NCBI RefSeq assembly: GCF_902652985.1
Contig: NC_047019.1
Coordinates: 9,238,001 to 9,302,000 of the forward strand
Reading direction: 5' to 3'
Length of the DNA stretch: 64,000 nucleotides
DNA from: Pecten maximus
Lineage: Eukaryota
The first letter of the stretch is position 1, and every line of letters starts with the position of its first letter. The translations under genes and the position numbers were made by a program. This document shows positions 14,531 through 27,300 of this stretch, piece after piece. Below the pieces are notes generated by a model, which worked only from the letters and a program-made list of their open reading frames with translations, searched no databases and was not told where the DNA came from.

Positions 14531-16631
14531 CTGGTACCTTCTCAGCTCTTGTCTTTGCATTTCCTTTTGTTTCTGTAGATCATTCATTCATTCATTCATT
14601 TTATTTACTTGATGCCTTGCTTCCCATCAATACACTGATTTTTTTCCTTATATTTTGAAGCTGTATTTAATATTACATATAAAAGATTCCTAAAAGAGAC
14701 TTTAGATCAAAGACGAACACTAGTCCACATATGTTGACTTCAATAGAAGGTTTTTATGTTGTAATGTATAGTGAAACTCACAAGTTTGAAATGTAACACA
14801 TTGCCGGCTTCTTGACCTTGAGAGAGCGGACCGGAAATCAAGACTCTCCCATAACAAGGGGGAGAAAGTGGAACCCTCTCGTGCATAAGATCACGTGAGT
14901 TTGCTCCAAACTAAGACTTACATACACTTAAAGGAACATTGTCTTCGTAAAATATATCACTGAAATTAAATTCTGACCTGAATATTAAATGAATTGTTAG
15001 CGGTACAATCACAGACATTTAAAAGTCAGAGGTAGATACCATTTTGTTGTTGCTGGGTTTTTTGTGTTTCTTTTTTTTTTGTGGGTTTTCTTTTGGGGGG
15101 GGGGGGGGGGGGGGGTTATTTTGTACATATATTCGCCACCAGGATCAGACAAAGAATTTGGTCTTTAGGTAACTTTGGTCTTTAGGTAACTACAGTATCA
15201 TGGATCATTGCAATAGCTGCAAGTTAAAGACTGCATAGAATTTATTACAACACAGAAACCTACCAACGAGTAAGATATAACTCATTTATGTGAAGTTACA
15301 ATGACATCGAATACAATATTAATTATCTTAAACGTTAATTACTAGACTTATGAATTAATCCGTTTTGAGACCGTTTGAGGGGATACATAAGGGAACCACG
15401 GCCAGGGAACACCCCCGGAGGATTATTTTGAGCATGGCACATCCGCAACGTCACTTCCGGTCACGGAAATATCAATGTGTTGTTACTAGTTTTGTCCAAT
15501 TTCGGTTAATGAGTGGTTCAAATTAATTGGTTACGTCTGTATTCTTTCAAAACAGGAGAAAAGTTTCAAATTCAATGTTACAAAATACTTCTACTAAAAC
15601 CTCAACTTATTTAATATTCTATAGTTATTAAATTTTCTTCATCGTCAGTGTTAACGTATAACCCCTTAAACAGTTTATGCAATACGGGAGTGGAAAATGC
15701 CTGATGACGTTGATCCAAATGAGTTCATAGAATTGCAGTTGTTCGTGGAAGTTTACATATCATGAGAATATCTTCTTAACAAGATCGTCCAGACTATCAG
15801 ATAACGCTATCATGTTTCAGTTTAATCACGGGCGTTATATAACATGACCGGGTCCAACGTTTGGCATCTGTTCAAAGCGAGGCTATACGTGACCTCATAC
15901 AAGTAAACTTAAGATAGCGATCGTTTCGTATTTCTGTAAATAAACTTCATCGTGCATTGGATGACGCATGATTTAGATAATTACTTGCAGTTTAAATATG
16001 TCTCGTCAATATCCTCACGAATTATAAGAAAATANNNNNNNNNNNNNNNNNNNNNNNNNNNNNNNNNNNNNNNNNNNNNNNNNNNNNNNNNNNNNNNNNN
16101 NNNNNNNNNNNNNNNNNNNNNNNNNNNNNNNNNNNNNNNNNNNNNNNNNNNNNNNNNNNNNNNNNNNNNNNNNNNNNNNNNNNNNNNNNNNNNNNNNNNN
16201 NNNNNNNNNNNNNNNNNNNNNNNNNNNNNNNNNNNNNNNNNNNNNNNNNNNNNNNNNNNNNNNNNNNNNNNNNNNNNNNNNNNNNNNNNNNNNNNNNNNN
16301 NNNNNNNNNNNNNNNNNNNNNNNNNNNNNNNNNNNNNNNNNNNNNNNNNNNNNNNNNNNNNNNNNNNNNNNNNNNNNNNNNNNNNNNNNNNNNNNNNNNN
16401 NNNNNNNNNNNNNNNNNNNNNNNNNNNNNNNNNNNNNNNNNNNNNNNNNNNNNNNNNNNNNNNNNNNNNNNNNNNNNNNNNNNNNNNNNNNNNNNNNNNN
16501 NNNNNNNNNNNNNNNNNNNNNNNNNNNNNNNNNNAAATGAAGGTTTTTCTTAACAAGGTCTCTATCATTACAGTACATCGACAAGTAAAATTGAATTTCT
16601 GCATCTAAAATTAGTAACATGATATGTTTAA

Positions 16632-17489
16632 AGGGACATCACGGTAAAAATGTTGTAATTTTCAATGAATGTACATGTTTTGTTCCTTTCCAGTTATATT
16701 TCTGTGCTGTCCCAATGTTCACAGTCGATCCTCATGTCCAGCTTGACCACTTGATTTAGTTGGAAATCCCCCTCTAAATTTAGCGCGGAAATTATTTTTA
16801 AATCATCACGTAACTGTTTTGAAATCGAGGCAACACAAACACACGATAGTTTACAAGGCGAATTGGATTAGTTGGACAACGATATTATACAGTGGTTTAA
16901 ATGTTAAATAACACATTCTGTATATATTCCGGCACATATATTTATGTGTAAATAAGTGTAAACACCGTACATATAGTATAGTGACAGTAGCGATGTACTG
17001 GTACAGACTGTATAAATATTACCGAGTTTGTGTAAATATTACCGAGATTGTCATGACCTACTATTCAGCAATCAAGCAGAATACGAGCAGCGTCCGTATT
17101 ACGTACTGCTGTTTTCATGTTTGAACTGCATTGTACTGCTTCCCCAGTTTAATTCTAGGATTGTGTTTGACCCATTTTCCAATTATTCTCTTCATTGCGG
17201 AAGCTGTTATCGTTTTCAACCGCAGTTGATTCACATTGGAAGCCATTTTTGTTTTCAGGTGTTTTAGTGTGTTGTGCGCATGCGTGTTATCGTATAGGTC
17301 ACAAAATTTGCATATTCAGACTATTGATCAACGAATTGTGATAACCTTTTTATAATTAATAATTGATGTTTTTTATATACATATATCATCAAAATCGAAT
17401 GGTTATTGTTCATAAGGATATTTTTTTTAAAGATATACCCTATAATATGAAAAAATACAAAATAAAAATTGGATTACCGTGATGTCCCT
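16632..17489. mobile_element. Non-autonomous TTAA-targeting DNA transposon (Kolobok-like), 858 bp
   Basis: Perfect 16-bp TIRs AGGGACATCACGGTAA / TTACCGTGATGTCCCT; TTAA at 16628-16631 and 17490-17493. Purine-purine termini with a TTAA TSD fit Kolobok rather than piggyBac (CC termini). Confidence 0.85.
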
Positions 17490-17495
17490 TTAAAG

Positions 17496-20086
17496 GTACC
17501 CTACCACACAGAACTAGCCTGGATCCTGGGGTGTAATTGTACCCTGAGTCGCCTGGATCACCTACCAACTTGGAAGGCAAGTCACTAACTACAACACTAC
17601 CCTTGTATTACTCTGCCTTCACCATTTCCCTTTTTGACATATAACAAATGTGTATATCACTTTAAAATTGAGTGAAATGTTGATGTTCATGCTTTGCACA
17701 AACTTCCTATATTTGAGACCAGCATTTCTTTAAATCAAAACTAAATATATCACCCACATATATTGCATATTGTGGTATTGTATAGTGTAATAAAAACATA
17801 GATATGTTTTATTGCACATGTAGGGAATTTGAAAGAGCTGTTTAAATATTAAATGTTTCACACACTGTGACAATAATGTTTATATTTTAGTTCTGAATAA
17901 AAATGGTAGAAATGATGAAGATATAAACTAATGTTAAGTTGGGGGAAATTCTTACATTTAGTTGAGGAGAAAATAGTTGGATGTACATTTCTATTTTAAT
18001 AACACAATTACAGGAAAAGTCAGCTGGAATGAAGGATGCAATGTTGGGACTTTATACATATCCAGTGCTACAAGCTGCTGATATACTTCTGTACAAGTAA
18101 GATATACTTTAAATCTGTGCAAGTAAGATATACATCTGTACAAGTAAGATATACTTATGTACAAGCGCAATATACTTCTGTACAAGTGAGATATACTTCT
18201 GTACAAGTAAAATATACTTATGTACAAGTAAGATACTCCTCAAATCTGTACAAATGAAAAAAATACTTCTGTAAAAGTAAGATATACTTCTGTACAAGTA
18301 AGATAATTCTGTACAAGTGAGATAATTCTGTACAAGTGAGATAATTCTGTACAAGTGAGATATATATTCTGTACAAGTGAGAGATATATTCTGTACAAGT
18401 GAGATATATATTCTGTACAAGTGAGATATACCTCTGTAGAAGTAAGATATACTTCTGTACAAGTAAAATATACATTATTCTGTACATGTAATGTTGGGGC
18501 TTTGTGGGCCGTTAATTGATTAAGTAAAATATATTTCAATTTCATAATTTTTAAAAATCAATAAGTTTACCAGAAAAAAAAATCTGATGGTATATCCTCA
18601 TCAGAAGATGATATGTCTCTGGGACTCACTTTATCACAATATTGATTTTTACAGAGGGACTCGGGTTCCAGTAGGGGAGGACCAGACCTGCCATATAGAA
18701 CTTGCTCGTGCCCTTGCAAAAATCTTTAACAATAGATTCGGACATTACTTTCCCCTACCTGAAGTATTACTGAGTAAGTATTAAACTTTTTATATTCATG
18801 ATGGCTTGTCACATATAGTAAGGAAATCAGGGTGAGCAAAAACTTGGGTCTTATGGCCTGGGACCAGCAGATTTTGTCAGTAGTCAAATTAGTTTAAATC
18901 TACAACCATGGTAAAAGGAAAAAGCATTGTATTGTATACATCTTATCTTTATTATGTTTGGTGATGGTTAATTGTTTCTTAGGGAAGATTTTTATTTGTC
19001 ACCTACCAGAGAAACCAAGGCACCCACTGGAAAAATTAGTTGCCCGGACAAGTTGCCTCAACTTTAAAAAAAAAAAATCTTTGATTCTTTTATACAGTCT
19101 AACATCTCTCTGTAACTTTTTCGATTGTGTATGTCATTTTAGCATTGACTGCAACCTTTGAAAGATTAACCAAATTGTAAATTTACAAAATTTTTTAGTG
19201 GACCTGCAGGCTCCTTGTAGGTCAATAACTGGTCGCCAATGGTGAATTTAAGGCGCCATGGCCACTAAAATAGACGCCACTTTGAGCCCTGCTAAATGTT
19301 TCTTCTCCGTCCGTCTTGTATGTATGCATGTACATACATAACACTAAATTTAAAGTTTGTCAGCGCTCTAGCGGTTTCATTCCTTGAGAAATTTTGATCA
19401 AAACTTCACACATTGATAAGTTGGACAAGTTCGAGTTTCAGGGTTTTGGGTCAAGGTCAAGGTCACAGTTATTTTTAGTGGGGGGTGTTAGAGGACATCC
19501 CTGATATGTATTGCTTAAGCAATACCCAGATCTGCTGGTTGATACATTAAATCTGCTCAGTATTCAAAAGATAGGGTAAGGGGTACAACTGTGTTAGCCC
19601 TCACTTATCTTGGTTTCGTTTTATTTCGCAAATACAGCTGAAGCTCCCCGGATAAAGAGTTTACGCCATCCAGATAAGAAAATGAGCAAGTCGGAGGCAA
19701 ATCCTAAGAGCAGAATAGATCTCCGAGACTCTCCAGATGAAATCCGACAAAAAGTGAAGAAAGCTGTAATAGACAGTGAACCAAAAATAACTTATGATGT
19801 AGACAATAGACCAGGTCTGGCCAATCTGATTGGCTTAGAATGTGCCATAACTGACAAATCACCATCCCAGGTTTGTGAGGAAAACTGTAATGTCATGTCG
19901 GGCCAATATAAGCTGAAGGTAGCAGATCTAATCGTCGAGGAATTGACTCCTATACGACTCCAAATGGAACGGTTGCTGAGTGATAGACAGCATCTCAGTA
20001 GCATCCTTGAAAAAGGACGTGACAAAGCTATGGAAATAGCCGAACCAAACATAGCAGAAGTGAAATCTCTAGTCGGGTTTTTGTGA
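17496..20086 (+). CDS. WARS2: Mitochondrial tryptophanyl-tRNA synthetase, last four coding exons (5' exons not seen, probably in or upstream of the gap at 16035-16534)
   Basis: Exons 17496-17576 (VPYHTELAWILGCNCTLSRLDHLPTWK), 18014-18096 (EKS..LGLYTYPVLQAADILLY), 18655-18773 (GTRVPVGEDQTCHIELAR..) and 19638-20086 (..IKSLRHPDKKMSKSE..). Phases 0/2/1 are consistent. YPVLQAADILLY, VPVGEDQ and KMSKS are bacterial/mitochondrial-type TrpRS motifs. Confidence 0.96.
18080..18490 (+). repeat. 19-22-bp minisatellite made of the WARS2 exon end plus splice donor (GATATACTTCTGTACAA|GTAA), ~18 units
   Basis: The first unit is the coding DILLYK end of the exon and its GTAAGA donor; copies continue into the intron. 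Confidence 0.95.
19104..19291 (-). mobile_element. Dispersed DNA-transposon end fragment (CAGGGCTC terminus, hAT-like); second copy inverted at 59187-59373
   Basis: ~190-bp highly similar reverse-complement match between the WARS2 intron and the MIS18A intron. Confidence 0.75.
19305..19540 (+). mobile_element. HINE/Helentron-like non-autonomous fragment
   Basis: TCCGTCCGTC microsatellite, GGTCAAGGTCAAGGTCA motif and a terminal hairpin GTATTGCTTAAGCAATAC. Confidence 0.5.
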
Positions 20087-20630
20087 CAGATATACAAATA
20101 ATATAAATTCATTAATTTTCATTAATTTTTTTTTTTTTTTTTGGGGCGGGGGGGGATCTTATATATGGTTTCTGTGAAAGATGAGCATAAATATATATAT
20201 ATATATATATACATGTATATATTCTAGAATCTGATGAATTTGTGATCTTATTTGGTTTATCTGAAAGATGAGCAAATATATTCTAGAATCTGATGAATTT
20301 GTGATATAAATTTGACTGTGTGTTATTTCCTAAGGTATGAATGTTTGCGAGCTAGCTTGTGCCTAGAACTCTTCTTTTTGATTAGTTTTTGGCATATCCT
20401 TGATAAACCATTAAAATAATAATTAAAAGTTCAATATCTCTGATTTATTTCATTTCTGATTAATTTATGTTCTTTTTATTCTGAAAAGGACTTACTGACT
20501 TAACCGTTTTACTGCCATCATCAAATGATGAGCTCTTCGTCCACATTCGTCATCCATCATTCAGTCAATATCATTGTTTCTATTTCTTAAGATGCATGCA
20601 AATGACCTTTTTTCAGATTTTTATCATACC

Positions 20631-20843
20631 TTTGGTTTGGTTTGTTTTATTTAACGTCCTATTAACAGCCAGGGTCATTTAAGGACGTGCCAGGTTTTGG
20701 AGGTGAAGGAAAGTCGGAGTACCCGGAGAAAAACCGCCGGTCAGTAGCAGGTAACTGCCCCACGTGGGTTTCAAATCGTGACCCAAAGATGGAGGGCTAG
20801 TGATAAAGTGTCGGGCACCTTAACCACTTGGTCAATGTGGCCC
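20631..20843 (-). mobile_element. V-type SINE family A, near full length and more diverged
   Basis: Aligns along its length with 12007-12225. Confidence 0.88.
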
Positions 20844-21325
20844 TCATGGTACCTAGTTGTGTATGATCAATTTTGAGACTGATCAGAACACATATAGCTG
20901 TTTGACCGCTGTTTGGGGATTTCAACAGTTGAAGTATGTTAGTGCTATTTCTTAGAAAAATTCTTCAAATTATATGTACAATGTACATTTATGTTCAATT
21001 TTAGACTATCTGAGGAAACAAAATGACAGAGGCACTTGAAATCATATCAGTTTAAAATATATTCCTCATCACTACTCTAGGTTTAGTTAATGGGACTTTA
21101 ATAGAATTTAAGGAACATTTCGGTCAATATAAAGAAAATTCCTCTTTCAAATTTATTAAAGTTTTGTTAGCATACCTGTAATTTTGTATAAAAAGTCATT
21201 TGTAACAGTATACATGTGCTATTAAATCAACTGGGACATATATCCACCTGTGTAGGGGAAACAGGAATGTTACTATCTAGAAATGGAACAAAAAGTAACA
21301 ATGGAGAAATTGAAATTGTGATGTC

Positions 21326-24300
21326 ACAGAATCATGTGAAGTAGGATACAGTATAGTGGGAAGTAGGACACAGTATCGTTTAGTAGGATACAGTATTGTG
21401 AAGTAGGACACAGTATCGTGTAGTAGGATACAGTATCGTGTAGTAGGACACAGTATCGTGTGAAGTAGGATACAGTATCGTGTGAAGTAGGATACAGTAT
21501 CGTGTGAAGTAGGATACAGTATCGTGTGAAGTAGGATACAGTATCGTGTGACGTAGGATACAGTATCGTGTGAAGTAAGATACAGTATCGTGTGGAGTAG
21601 GATACAGTATCGTGTGGAGTAGGATACAGTATCGTGTGAAGTAAGATACAGTATTGTGAAGTAGGATACTGAATCTTGTGAAGTAGGATACAGTATCGTG
21701 TGAAGTAGGATACAGTATCGTGGGAAGTAGGATACAGTATCGTGGGAAGTAGGATACAGTATCGTGTGAAGTAGGATACAGTTTCGTGTGAAGTAGGATA
21801 CAGTATCGTGTGAAGTAGGATACAGTATCATGTGAAGTAGGATACAGTATCGTTTGAAGTAGGATACAGTATCGTGTGAAGTAGGATACAGTATCGTGTG
21901 TAGTAGGACACAGTATCGTGTAGTAGGACACAGTATCGTGTGAAGTAGGATACAGTATCGTGTGAAGTAGGACACAGTATCGTGTGAAGTAGGATACAGT
22001 ATCGTGTGAAGTAGGATACAGTATCGTGAAGTAGGACACAGTATCGTGTGAAGTAGGATACAGTATCGTGTGAAGTAGGATACAGTATCGTGTGAAGTAG
22101 GATAGAGTAACGTGTGAAGTAGGATACAGTATCGTGTGAAGTAGGACACAGTGTCGTCTGAAGTAGGATACAGTATCGTGTGAAGTAGGATACAGTATCG
22201 TGTGAAGTAGGATACAGTATCGTGTGAAGTAGGATACAGTATCGTGTGAAGTAGGACACAGCATCGTGTAGTAGGACACAGTATCGTGTGAAGTAGGACA
22301 CAGTATCGTGTGAAGTAGGATACAGTATCGTGTGAAGTAGGATACAGTATAGTGTGAAGTTGGATACAGTATCGTGTGAAGTAGGATACAGTATCGTGTG
22401 AAGTAGGACACAGTATCGTGTGAAGTAGGACAGTATCGTGTGAAGTAAGATACAGTATCGTGTGAAGTAGGATACAGTATCGTGTGAAGTAGGATACAGT
22501 ATCGTGTGAAGTAGGATACAGTATCGTGTGAAGTAGGATACAGTATCGTGTGAAGTAGGATACAGTATCGTGTTAAGTAGGATACAAAATCGTGTGAAGT
22601 AGGATACAGTATCGTGTGAAGTAAGATACAGTATCGTGTGAAGTAGGATACAGTATCGTGTGAAGTAAGATACAGTATCGTGGGAAGTAGGATACAGTAT
22701 CGTGTGAAGTAGGATACAGTATCGTATGAAGTAGGATACAGTATCGTGTGAAGTAGGACAGTATCGTGTGAAGTAGGATACAGTATCGTGTGAAGTAGGA
22801 TACAGTATCGTGTGAAGTAGGATACAGTATCGTGTGAAGTAGGATACAGTATCGTGGGAAGTAGGATACAGTATAGTGTGAAGTAGGACACAGTATCGTG
22901 TAGTAGGATACAGTATCGTGTGGAGTAGGATACAGTATCGTGTGAAGTAGGACACAGTATCGTGTAGTAGGATACAGTATCGTATGAAGTAGGATACAGT
23001 ATCGTGTGAAGTAGGATACAGTATCGTGTGAAGTAGGGACAGTATCGTGTGATGTAGGATACAGTATCGTGTAGTAGGATACAGTATCGTGGGAAGTAGG
23101 ATACAGTATCGTGTGAAGTAGGATACAGTATCGTGTGAAGTAAGATACAGTATCGTGTGAAGTAGGACACAGTATCGTGTAGTAGGATACAGTATCGTGT
23201 GAAGTAGGATAAAGTATCGTGTAGTAGGACACAGTATCGTGTGAAGTAGGATACAGTATCGTGTGAAGTAGGATACAGTATAGTGTGAAGTAGGACACAG
23301 TATCGTGTGAAGTAAGATACAGTATAGTGTGAAGTAAGATACAGTATCGTGTGAAGTAAGATACAGTATCGTGTGAAGTAGGATACAGTATCGTGTGGAG
23401 TAGGATACAGTATCATGTGAAGTAGGACACAGTATCGTGTGAAGTAAGATACAGTATCGTGTGAAGTAGGATACAGTATCATGTGAAGTAGGATACAGTA
23501 TCGTGTGGAGTAGGATACAGTATAGTGTGATGTAGGATACAGTATCGTGTGAAGTAGGATACAGTATCGTGTGAAGTACATGTAGGACACAGTATCATGT
23601 GAAGTAGGATACAGTATAGTGTGAAGTAGGACACAGTATCGTGTGAAGTACGATACAGTATCGTGTGAAGTAGGATACAGTATAGTGTGAAGTAGGATAC
23701 AGTATCGTGTGAAGTAGGATACAGTATCGTGTGAAGTAGGATACAGTATCGTGTGAAGTAGGATACAGTATCGTGTAGTAGGATACAGTATCGTGTGAAG
23801 TAGGATACAGTATCGTGTGAAGTAGGATACAGTATCGTGTGAAGTAAGATACAGTATCGTGGGAAGTAGGATACAGTATCGTGTGAAGTAGGATACAGGA
23901 TCGTGTGAAGTAGAACAGTATCGTGGGAAGTAGGATACAGTATCGTGTGAAGTAGGATACAGTATCGTGTGAAGTAAGATACAGTATCGTGTGAAGTAGG
24001 ACACAGTATCGTGTAGGAGGATACAGTATCGTGTGAAGTAGGATACAGTATCGTGTAGTAGGACACAGTATCGTGTGAAGTAGGATACAGTATCGTGTGA
24101 AGTAGGATACAGTATCGTGTGAAGTAGGACACAGTATCGTGTAGTAGGATACAGTATCGTGTGAAGTAGGATACAGTATCGTGTGGAGTAGGATACAGTA
24201 TCGTGTGAAGTAGGACACAGTATCGTGTAGTAGGATACAGTATCGTGTGAAGTAGGATACAGTATCGTGTAGTAGGACACAGTATCGTGTGAAGTAGGAT

Positions 24301-27300
24301 ACAGTATCGTGTGGAGTAGGATACAGTATCGTGTGAAATAGGACACAGTATCGTGTGAAATAGGACACAGTATCGTGTGAAGTAGGATACAGTATCGTGT
24401 GAAGTAGGATACAGTATCGTGTGAAGTAGGATACAGTATCGTGTGAAGTAGGATACAGTATCGTGTGAAGTAGGATACAGTATCGTGTGAAGTAGGATAC
24501 AGTATCGTGTAGTAGGATACGGTATCGTGTAGTAGGATACAGTATCGTGTGAAGTAGGATACAGTATCGTGTGTAGTAGGACACAGTATCGTGTGAAGTA
24601 GGATACAGTATCGTGTGAAGTAGGATACAGTATAGTGTGAAGTAGGACACAGTATCGTGTGAAGTAAGATACAGTATAGTGTGAAGTAAGATACAGTATC
24701 GTGTGAAGTAAGATACAGTATCGTGTGAAGTAGGATACAGTATCGTGTGAAGTAGGATACAGTATCGTGTGAAGTAAGATACAGTATCGTGTGAAGTAGG
24801 ATACAGTATCGTGTGAAGTAGGATACAGTATCGTGTGAAGTAGGATACAGTATAGTGTGATGTAGGATACAGTATCGTGTGAAGTAGGATACAGTATCGT
24901 GTGAAGTAGGACACAGTATCATGTGAAGTAGGATACAGTATAGTGTGAAGTAGGACACAGTATCGTGTGAAGTAGGACACAATATCGTGTGAAGTAGGAT
25001 ACAGTATAGTGTGAAGTAGGATACAGTATCGTGTGAAGTAGGATACAGTATCGTGTGAAGTAGGATACAGTATCGTGTGAAGTAGGATACAGTATCGTGT
25101 AGTAGGATACAGTATCGTGTGAAGTAGGATACAGTATCGTGTGAAGTAGGATACAGTATCGTGTGAAGTAAAATACAGTATCGTGTGAAGTAGGATACAG
25201 TATCGTGTGAAGTAGGATACAGTATCGTGTGAAGTAGGACAGTATCGTGGGAAGTAGGATACAGTATCGTGTGAAGTAAGATACAGTATCGTGTGAAGTA
25301 GGACACAGTATCGTGTAGGAGGATACAGTATCGTGTGAAGTAGGATACAGTATCGTGTAGTAGGACACAGTATCGTGTGAAGTAGGATACAGTATCGTGT
25401 GAAGTAGGATACAGTATCGTGTGAAGTAGGATACAGTATCGTGTGAAGTAGGATACAGTATCGTGTGAAGTAGGATACAGTATCGTGTGAAGTAGGATAC
25501 AGTATCGTGTAGTAGGATACGGTATCGTGTAGTAGGATACAGTATCGTGTGAAGTAGGATACAGTATCGTGTGTAGTAGGACACAGTATCGTGTGAAGTA
25601 GGATACAGTATCGTGTGAAGTAGGATACAGTATAGTGTGAAGTAGGACACAGTATCGTGTGAAGTAAGATACAGTATAGTGTGAAGTAAGATACAGTATC
25701 GTGTGAAGTAAGATACAGTATCGTGTGAAGTAGGATACAGTATCGTGTGGAGTAGGATACAGTATCGTGTGAAGTAGGATACAGTATCGTGTGAAGTAAG
25801 ATACAGTATCGTGTGAAGTAGGATACAGTATCGTGTGAAGTAGGATACAGTATCGTGTGAAGTAGGATACAGTATCGTGTGAAGTAGGATACAGTATCGT
25901 GTGAAGTAGGATACAGTATCGTGTGAAGTAGGACACAGTATCATGTGAAGTAGGATACAGTATCGTGTGAAGTAGGACACAGTATCGTGTGAAGTACGAT
26001 ACAGTATCGTGTGAAGTAGGATACAGTATAGTGTGAAGTAGGATACAGTATCGTGTGAAGTAGGATACAGTATCGTGTGAAGTAGGATACAGTATCGTGG
26101 GAAGTAGGATACAGTATCGTGTAGTAGGATACAGTATCGTGTGAAGTAGGATACAGTATCGTGTGAAGTAGGATACAGTATCGTGTGAAGTAAAATACAG
26201 TATCGTGGGAAGTAGGATACAGTATCGTGTGAAGTAGGATACAGTATCGTGTGAAGTAGGACAGTATCGTGGGAAGTAGGATACAGTATCGTGTGAAGTA
26301 AGATACAGTATCGTGTGAAGTAGGACACAGTATCGTGTAGTAGGATACAGTATCGTGTGAAGTAGGATACAGTATCGTGTAGTAGGACACAGTATCGTGT
26401 GAAGTAGGATACAGTATCGTGTGAAGTAGGATACAGTATCGTGTGAAGTAGGACACAGTATCGTGTAGTAGGATACAGTATCGTGTGAAGTAGGATACAG
26501 TATCGTGTGGAGTAGGATACAGTATCGTGTGAAGTAGGACACAGTATCGTGTAGTAGGATACAGTATCGTGTGAAGTAGGATACAGTATCGTGTAGTAGG
26601 ACACAGTATCGTGTGAAGTAGGATACAGTATCGTGTGGAGTAGGATACAGTATCGTGTGAAGTAGGACACAGTATCGTGTAGTAGGATACAGTATCGTGT
26701 GAAGTAGGATACAGTATCGTGTAGTAGGACACAGTATCGTGTGAAGTAGGATACAGTATCGTGTGGAGTAGGATACAGTATCGTGTGAAGTAGGATACAG
26801 TATCGTGTGAAGTAGAATACAGTATCGTGTAGTAGGACACAGTATCGTGTGAAGTAGGATACAGTATCGTGTGAAGTAGAATACAGTATCGTGTGAAGTA
26901 GGATACAGTATCGTGTGAAGTAGGATACAGTATCGTGTGAAGTAGGATACAGTATCGTGTGAAGTAGGATACAGTATCGTGTGAAGTAGGATACAGTATC
27001 GTGTAGTAGGATACGGTATCGTGTAGTAGGATACAGTATCGTGTGAAGTAGGATACAGTATCGTGTGTAGTAGGACACAGTATCGTGTGAAGTAGGATAC
27101 AGTATCGTGTGAAGTAGGATACAGTATAGTGTGAAGTAGGACACAGTATCGTGTGAGGTAAGATACAGTATAGTGTGAAGTAAGATACAGTATCGTGTGA
27201 AGTAAGATACAGTATCGTGTGAAGTAGGACAGTATCGTGGATCGTGGGAAGTAGGATACAGTATCGTGTGAAGTAAGATACAGTATCGTGTGAAGTAGGA

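Noticed and set aside
15952-16620. ORFs spanning N runs (also 36649-37019 and 61196-61421)
   Set aside because: Artefacts of assembly gaps.
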